Shown here one piece after another: positions 15,391-20,000 of a stretch of 20,000 bases of DNA. Each line of letters starts with the position of its first letter. The first letter of the stretch is position 1. This DNA is from an uncultured virus (IMG/VR IMGVR_UViG_3300027963_003549) (taxonomy: Duplodnaviria > Heunggongvirae > Uroviricota > Caudoviricetes), in the IMG/VR virus record IMGVR_UViG_3300027963_003549, one strand, 5' to 3'. The notes below the pieces were generated by a model that searched no databases, had not been told where the DNA came from, and saw only the letters and a program-made list of their open reading frames with translations. Made by a program: the position numbers and the translations under genes.

Positions 15391-16374
15391 ATGGGAAAAT
15401 TTAGAACATTATTAGATCAAAAAGATTACCTAAATGGGACTTTAGGTGATATGGTTAGAACACTTGATATTAGTGGTAAGTCAAAATATGTTGAAATGAT
15501 TGTTAAGCTTTTGGAATCAAAAAATAATGACAATTTGTTGAGTAACAATAATGAGTTATTGTTTGAAATTACTTCATTGTTATCAATACCTCAAGACCAC
15601 ATTATAAAACTTAAAAATGAAAATCCGATTTACTTATTTTTTATGTTACGTGGTATTGCAGAGCTTTTGGGATGGAGAGAGTCTAGAAACCTCATGAAAT
15701 TTATGGAATATTGTGAAAATAATAAAATTAAAACAGATATCTCCAAAATAACAACAATTGAAGATGTTATGTTCCACGTCAGTATTGCTAATCTTGAAAA
15801 AGAAGATAAAGAAATTATGGAATACGTTATTAAGGATTATGAAGATGATGAATGGTTAATTGTTAGACCTTTATCCCATTTGTCATCTAGGAAATATGGT
15901 GCGGGAACTAAGTGGTGTACAGCATCTGATCACGATTCATCCACATTCTATGATTACACACAATCAGGAACTCTAATATATACAATGAATAAAACTAAAA
16001 ACTTTAAGGTTGCTACCTACAAAAGAACTTATGATGGTGTATCTTTTTGGAATCAAGTTGATAGTAGAATTGATTCGTTAGAATCCGAGTTACCTCATGA
16101 AATTTTGTTTAAAATAAAAGAAATTATAAATAAAGGTGAAGTTAATTTTGTTTTATTAACTGAAGACCAAAAAGAAAAATTATCAGGTCGTCATTTAGAA
16201 TTAAAAAAGTCTTATACCGATTACGACCTTACTAATGAGGTGATGGATATAGCAGGACGACAGGAACCTCTGAGGGGTTATTTAACTATTCAAGACCCCC
16301 CAAATTTAATTGCTGCTGGTTCTATTTCGTATCCTACAGACCAAGAAGCTCCTGTTGAGGAAAGATCCATCTAA
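15391..16374 (+). CDS. 327-aa protein with PcfJ-like domain
   Basis: WLIVRPLSHLSSRKYGAGTKWCTAS...FYDY...GTLIY; paralogous domain to 439..2049. Confidence 0.8.
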   Translation: MGKFRTLLDQKDYLNGTLGDMVRTLDISGKSKYVEMIVKLLESKNNDNLLSNNNELLFEITSLLSIPQDHIIKLKNENPIYLFFMLRGIAELLGWRESRNLMKFMEYCENNKIKTDISKITTIEDVMFHVSIANLEKEDKEIMEYVIKDYEDDEWLIVRPLSHLSSRKYGAGTKWCTASDHDSSTFYDYTQSGTLIYTMNKTKNFKVATYKRTYDGVSFWNQVDSRIDSLESELPHEILFKIKEIINKGEVNFVLLTEDQKEKLSGRHLELKKSYTDYDLTNEVMDIAGRQEPLRGYLTIQDPPNLIAAGSISYPTDQEAPVEERSI

Positions 16375-16608
16375 TATCAATCTGTGAAATATATGATTGG
16401 GGATGTTCAACACATCCCCTTTTTTTAATGTAATAGGTAATGAATTATCCATTTGAAATTTCCAATCACCTGTTATGTCAAGTATTGTTACTTCACGATC
16501 TTCTTTATCTCTATGCCATTGAAATTCATCGGGATCTGAATCTGAAGTGAATGTTCTTATTTTGGTGTTTTCATCAATTTCTTGATCAACATATGGTTTC
16601 ATCATCAT
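16306..16608 (-). CDS. Small cupin-like protein (about 100 aa)
   Basis: WHRDKEDR...WKFQMDN.LP..LKKGD...IP...FHRLI cupin metal motifs. Confidence 0.8.
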   Translation of the reverse strand: MMMKPYVDQEIDENTKIRTFTSDSDPDEFQWHRDKEDREVTILDITGDWKFQMDNSLPITLKKGDVLNIPNHIFHRLILDGSFLNRSFLVCRIRNRTSSN

Positions 16609-16669
16609 TATCTTCCTATATATTTTCTACCTTATATGGGCTGTTTATGTTAAAGTAATTTTCTTTGAA

Positions 16670-17578
16670 TCATTTAAAAGAATAATTTTGAAAATTATTT
16701 GATTTTAAACGATACCTTATTAAACTTCTATCTATTTTTAATTCATTAGATGCTTCTGTTATGGAATTATATTCCACATCATCAATAATAATAGGTTTTT
16801 TATGTTTACAAATGTAATTTGGGTTATTTTTTCGTATTACACATTTTTTTGAACAATAAATTTCCGTTCTGTTCTTGTAAATAAACTCTTTCCCACAATT
16901 AATACAAACTTTATTTTTTTTGTTTTTTCGTTTAAAAAGGGCATCAACTCTATCATCGTCAAAAAATTTGTAAAATCCTTGGACATTACCAAAGTTCATA
17001 ATATTATTATTAGTCCTTATTGATTTAAACAATAATAATAGATCTTCAGATACTTCGTCAATCTCACAATTTTTCAATTTGTCTTTAATATAATAACATT
17101 TTTTTTCATATTTTTTCCAGTAATTATCCCAATACTCTTTTCTATTCTGTTTGGATTTATCACAATTCAACGACAAGTGTAATTTTGATTTTAATTTATC
17201 TTTATATATTTTAGATTTTTCTTCCCCATATACTTTTTCATATGTATATCCTTTTGTTTTGGAATTGTTTGATATTTTCAGTTTAATCTTATCAATATCA
17301 GGATGTTTTGACAACGTATCTCCACCATCACCCCCTTTAGTAATATTATATAATATATGATTTTTCTTATATTCTTCTATCCAATAAATTTCTTTTCTTG
17401 ATAATTCTTCATAATTATCGGTTCTATCTATGATTTTTTTTGTAAAATTATCTTTACCGTACTTTTTTATTGATCTTTTAATAAGGACACCAGACCCATA
17501 ATAAGAATCTCTTTCGGTAGTGTCTTTTCCAATGTAAATCTTACCATTCACAATATTTCTAATCTCATATATAACCAT
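16670..17578 (-). CDS. Free-standing GIY-YIG homing endonuclease (Seg-like) with Zn-finger and NUMOD1-like HTH C-terminus
   Basis: VIYEIRNIVNGKIYIGK...YYGSG...YG..NF...E..WI...YNITKGGDGG; CINCG..YCSKKC; YNSITEASNELKI; TACTTAT variant motif at 17595..17601. Confidence 0.9.
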   Translation of the reverse strand: MVIYEIRNIVNGKIYIGKDTTERDSYYGSGVLIKRSIKKYGKDNFTKKIIDRTDNYEELSRKEIYWIEEYKKNHILYNITKGGDGGDTLSKHPDIDKIKLKISNNSKTKGYTYEKVYGEEKSKIYKDKLKSKLHLSLNCDKSKQNRKEYWDNYWKKYEKKCYYIKDKLKNCEIDEVSEDLLLLFKSIRTNNNIMNFGNVQGFYKFFDDDRVDALFKRKNKKNKVCINCGKEFIYKNRTEIYCSKKCVIRKNNPNYICKHKKPIIIDDVEYNSITEASNELKIDRSLIRYRLKSNNFQNYSFK

Positions 17579-17641
17579 ACAATAATCTTTACATATAAGT
17601 ATTATGAAATAAAAATTTTACCTGTAAACAAATGTGTATTT

Positions 17642-18265
17642 TTACCAGTACCCTGAATATGTACGATTTCCCCAAAGGTGAGCATATCGGTTAATTCTAC
17701 ACGCCCAGTACCCCGCCTTTGTTTTATCCTTCTTATCTTTACATTTATGTCTTGCAGCAAAACTTCTTCTTGCTTCAGGATTTGATACTTTCGCTGTTAA
17801 ACCACCATGAACATCACCGAAACTTATCTTTTTAACACGACCTGAGTTACCTTTAACATAAACGTAGTATTTCTTTTTACCACCTGACGCTCTCATCGGG
17901 TAATTTAATTTTACGGTTTTTCCAGCATATTCCGCTTCATTGATCATTTCATCTTCATCCAAAAACGGAACGTCCAAAAATACAACATCACCATCTTCGT
18001 TAATTGCTGTCTTTCCAATATCCATAGAAACAATCCACCTATCAAAACCTTCAAGTTGTAATTTACCTTCATTATATAGATCTCTAGCTTCGTTAATCAA
18101 ATTAAAAAATTCATCAGAATATGGTCTAAAAATTTGATTTTGTAATCTAATACCTTCGTTTAAGTGGTATTTCATATTTTCTGAGATAATAACTTGTTCA
18201 GTTAAAATCATTTTCTTATTAGTATCTTCTTTTAACACTTTTTTAATAAGATCCTTCATAGACAT
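17642..18265 (-). CDS. Conserved large-phage hypothetical protein (207 aa) with basic C-terminal R.SF.ARH.C...AGYW.C domain
   Basis: Start moved to ATG 18265 (8 nt after TATTTAT 18274..18280); EAEYAGKTVKLNYPMR...KISFG...RRSFAARHKC...KAGYWAC. Confidence 0.8.
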   Translation of the reverse strand: MSMKDLIKKVLKEDTNKKMILTEQVIISENMKYHLNEGIRLQNQIFRPYSDEFFNLINEARDLYNEGKLQLEGFDRWIVSMDIGKTAINEDGDVVFLDVPFLDEDEMINEAEYAGKTVKLNYPMRASGGKKKYYVYVKGNSGRVKKISFGDVHGGLTAKVSNPEARRSFAARHKCKDKKDKTKAGYWACRINRYAHLWGNRTYSGYW

Positions 18266-18292
18266 TTTTTTTAATAAATATACCGGTAATTG

Positions 18293-18323
18293 TTTGACAG
18301 TATAGTTTCCTTTTGTATTTTTG
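18293..18323 (+). promoter_or_regulatory. Bacteroidota-type promoter, probably leaderless transcript
   Basis: TTTG-N19-TATTTTTG, ATG 4 nt downstream at 18328. Confidence 0.75.
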
Positions 18324-18327
18324 TGAC

Positions 18328-18540
18328 ATGGATTCAAAATTTGTAAAAGATTACGTTAAAGTAACAAGAACAATTATGTCTGTTGAAACAAAGGAACAGA
18401 TGAAATGTGCCAAAAAAATGACTAATTTATTATTCAAGAAATGGGAAAAACATTCCAAGGTTATTTATGGATATGATGAAAGTGTTGAAAACTTATTCAG
18501 ACTAATTGATTCAAAAACTAATTTAATTTATATCGTATGA
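18328..18540 (+). CDS. Hypothetical protein (70 aa)
   Basis: Start moved to ATG 18328; ATGA overlap with next gene. Confidence 0.75.
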   Translation: MDSKFVKDYVKVTRTIMSVETKEQMKCAKKMTNLLFKKWEKHSKVIYGYDESVENLFRLIDSKTNLIYIV

Positions 18541-19061
18541 GTTTTGATTTCAAAGAAGGTAATGATCTTATCGCCTATTTTATGGGATATACCTATCGTT
18601 ATATCACTTACGAAGATTTAACAAGAATGGGTAATAATCAAAAGACGTTGTGTCATATCTATTCAAAGGTTCCTTTGGAAATCATTGACATGACTTTATA
18701 CCCGTCACATTGGGAAGTTGATGCCGATAAGATGTTGGTACTAACACCCTATGAATGTTCGGAATTTCCATCATATTTGGAATACCACGAGGATTGGAAT
18801 TATTTAATGGAGGTTATAAGTGCCATTGAATCCACACCTATTGGTGATGAATTACCAAGTATAACATTGGGATCGTCAATTTGTGAAATAATTTCAACAA
18901 AAGGAATATACGGTAAATTGATTTCACATCCTTACAAAAAATTAACGACAGTTTGGGAACTAATCGTTGAGTTCTTACAATTAAATGAAGGTTTGATTAG
19001 TTCTGATTTAGGAAGTATTCACATTGATAGATCAAGAATTAAATTTGATAATTTTAACTAA
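18537..19061 (+). CDS. Hypothetical phage protein (174 aa)
   Basis: N.LIA.FMG...L.YH.DWN.LM.V...IE motif; translationally coupled on both sides. Confidence 0.8.
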   Translation: MSFDFKEGNDLIAYFMGYTYRYITYEDLTRMGNNQKTLCHIYSKVPLEIIDMTLYPSHWEVDADKMLVLTPYECSEFPSYLEYHEDWNYLMEVISAIESTPIGDELPSITLGSSICEIISTKGIYGKLISHPYKKLTTVWELIVEFLQLNEGLISSDLGSIHIDRSRIKFDNFN

Positions 19062-19138
19062 TGATCGTTGGTTTATGTCTTTTTTTGGTGTTTTGTATTT
19101 TTCTTAATTTTTTGATTAGGAAAAATAAAAACTTTTAA
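19061..19138 (+). CDS. Putative 25-aa single-pass membrane peptide
   Basis: MIVGLCLFLVFCIFLNFLIRKNKNF*; TAATG overlap with upstream stop; hydrophobic run followed by basic tail. Confidence 0.5.
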   Translation: MIVGLCLFLVFCIFLNFLIRKNKNF

Positions 19139-19147
19139 TTACCTTTG
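19116..19147 (+). promoter_or_regulatory. Bacteroidota-type promoter
   Basis: TTAG-N20-TACCTTTG, followed by A-rich leader and ATG 19168. Confidence 0.7.
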
Positions 19148-19167
19148 TGTCGTTAAAACAAAACAAT

Positions 19168-19266
19168 ATGAAAATTGAAATCGGACATGGGGTTAGACAA
19201 AGACTTTGGTTCACATCTGATACTCACAATAATCATAAAAGTCATATTATGACTATTTATAAGTAA
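19168..19266 (+). CDS. N-terminal fragment (exon 1?) of calcineurin-like metallophosphoesterase, interrupted
   Basis: MKIEIGHGVRQRLWFTSDTHNNHKSHIMTIYK*; WFTSDTH..H is motif I of this family; stops after 32 codons. Confidence 0.75.
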   Translation: MKIEIGHGVRQRLWFTSDTHNNHKSHIMTIYK

Positions 19267-19270
19267 AAGT

Positions 19271-20000
19271 ATGGAGTGTCTAATATGTACCGAAGAGTTT
19301 GAAAACAAGACAAAGCGTGTGTTAATACTTTGTAAAGATTGCAGATCACAAAAGCATAAACTTGTCTGCACTGAATGTGGAGCATCTTGCAGTGTTAGTG
19401 CATACTACTATAAAACTGTATTAACTGATAAATACCTCTGTAAGAGTTGTAACAGTAAAGGAGAGAGAAATAGCAACTTTGGGAAAAGATGGGCTCAGGA
19501 ACAAAGAGACGCTCAATCAGAGTTAGTTAAATCCAAAGTCGATGATGAATATAGAGCTAGATGTGGAAAGTCGATGAGAGGTAAGACAGTCTCCCAGGAG
19601 ACTATAGACAAGCAGCTTAATACTAAAATGGAGAGGTACGGCACCCTTACTACATTTAACGGGCATACCCCCGAGACACTTATTTTAATAGGTGAGAAGT
19701 CAGCGGCTAAATTCACTCCCGAATATAAAGAGAAACGCAGGCAAATGATGGAACAGTCAGGACATTGGATTCCTCTAAGCGAAAAGGACCATTACCTTTT
19801 ATATAGAGAGTTAGCAGATTGGAAGGGTAGTATGTTAAGTGAGGAGATTGTTGGAAAAGAATTACTAAAGACCTATAGCTTAAAGTCAAAAGAAAACAAC
19901 GGTGCGAATAGTTTGGTTAGAGATCATATGTACGGGAGAAAGGCAGGGTTTAAAAACGAGGTCTTTCCTGAATTACTCAGGCACCCTGCCAACTGTCAGA
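19271..20000 (+). CDS. Partial CDS (runs off right edge): putative homing endonuclease with Cys-rich Zn ribbons, NUMOD3-like repeats and C-terminal HNH-like domain
   Basis: Not in ORF track; open for 243 codons: MECLIC...CKDC...CTECG...CKSC..KGERNSNFGKRW...RGKTVSQET...HTPETL...VRDHMYGRKAGFKNEVFPELLRHPANCQ; TATTTAT 10 nt upstream; more GC-rich than flanks. Confidence 0.8.
   Translation, partial: MECLICTEEFENKTKRVLILCKDCRSQKHKLVCTECGASCSVSAYYYKTVLTDKYLCKSCNSKGERNSNFGKRWAQEQRDAQSELVKSKVDDEYRARCGKSMRGKTVSQETIDKQLNTKMERYGTLTTFNGHTPETLILIGEKSAAKFTPEYKEKRRQMMEQSGHWIPLSEKDHYLLYRELADWKGSMLSEEIVGKELLKTYSLKSKENNGANSLVRDHMYGRKAGFKNEVFPELLRHPANCQ

Noticed and set aside
16609..17641. GIY-YIG gene as part of a group I intron
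   Set aside because: Both neighbours appear complete, and the AT-rich flanks are too short for a ribozyme core.
5701..18337. ORF-track upstream starts at 6480, 10367, 12449, 14207, 18313 and 18337
   Set aside because: They overlap neighbouring genes or promoter motifs; downstream ATGs fit coupling and motif spacing better.
686..19716. Short ORF-track entries antisense to or nested within longer genes (e.g. 686..994, 2851..3156, 4140..4364, 5094..5300, 5927..6265, 9011..9322, 9407..9766, 14115..14441, 17151..17360, 19153..19371, 19513..19716)
   Set aside because: Shadow ORFs of real genes; no motifs, promoters or coupling.
1..20000. Alternative genetic code (stop reassignment as in some large Bacteroidota phages)
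   Set aside because: Genes tile densely under the standard code with TAA/TGA stops, no genes are visibly broken by TAG, and there is no suppressor tRNA here; the one truncated gene ends in TAA.

Overview
AT-rich, gene-dense segment of a large (jumbo-type) tailed phage that most likely infects Bacteroidota: several near-perfect TTTG-N19/20-TAnnTTTG host promoters are present and the standard genetic code tiles the ORFs. Two gene classes alternate. (1) Small or accessory genes and a four-tRNA cluster (Arg-UCU, Ile-UAU, CAU probably Ile2, Leu-UAA) sit behind host-type promoters, and some look leaderless. (2) Genes preceded by a TATTTAT motif (putative late promoter) encode proteins that begin with [I/L]-x-E leader peptides, as expected for head-protease-processed, virion-packaged proteins. 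These include an ADP-ribosyltransferase-like protein, a PcfJ-like protein, an OmpA-like protein and a four-gene operon (annexin-like repeat, multi-helix membrane protein, TM + peptidoglycan-binding protein, amphipathic protein). Best sequence-supported oddities: a GC-richer host ferredoxin-NADP+ reductase gene bracketed by an exact 27-bp duplication of the 3' end of a phage gene and trailing what looks like a deleted ferredoxin stub; and a metallophosphoesterase gene broken just after its first DxH motif by an HNH-like endonuclease ORF with its own TATTTAT motif. Several ORF-track starts were corrected and five ORFs missing from the track were added (1..405, 4827..5006, 19061..19138, 19168..19266, 19271..end), plus a 20-codon remnant at 2105..2167. 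All family assignments are from motif recognition by eye; no searches were run.
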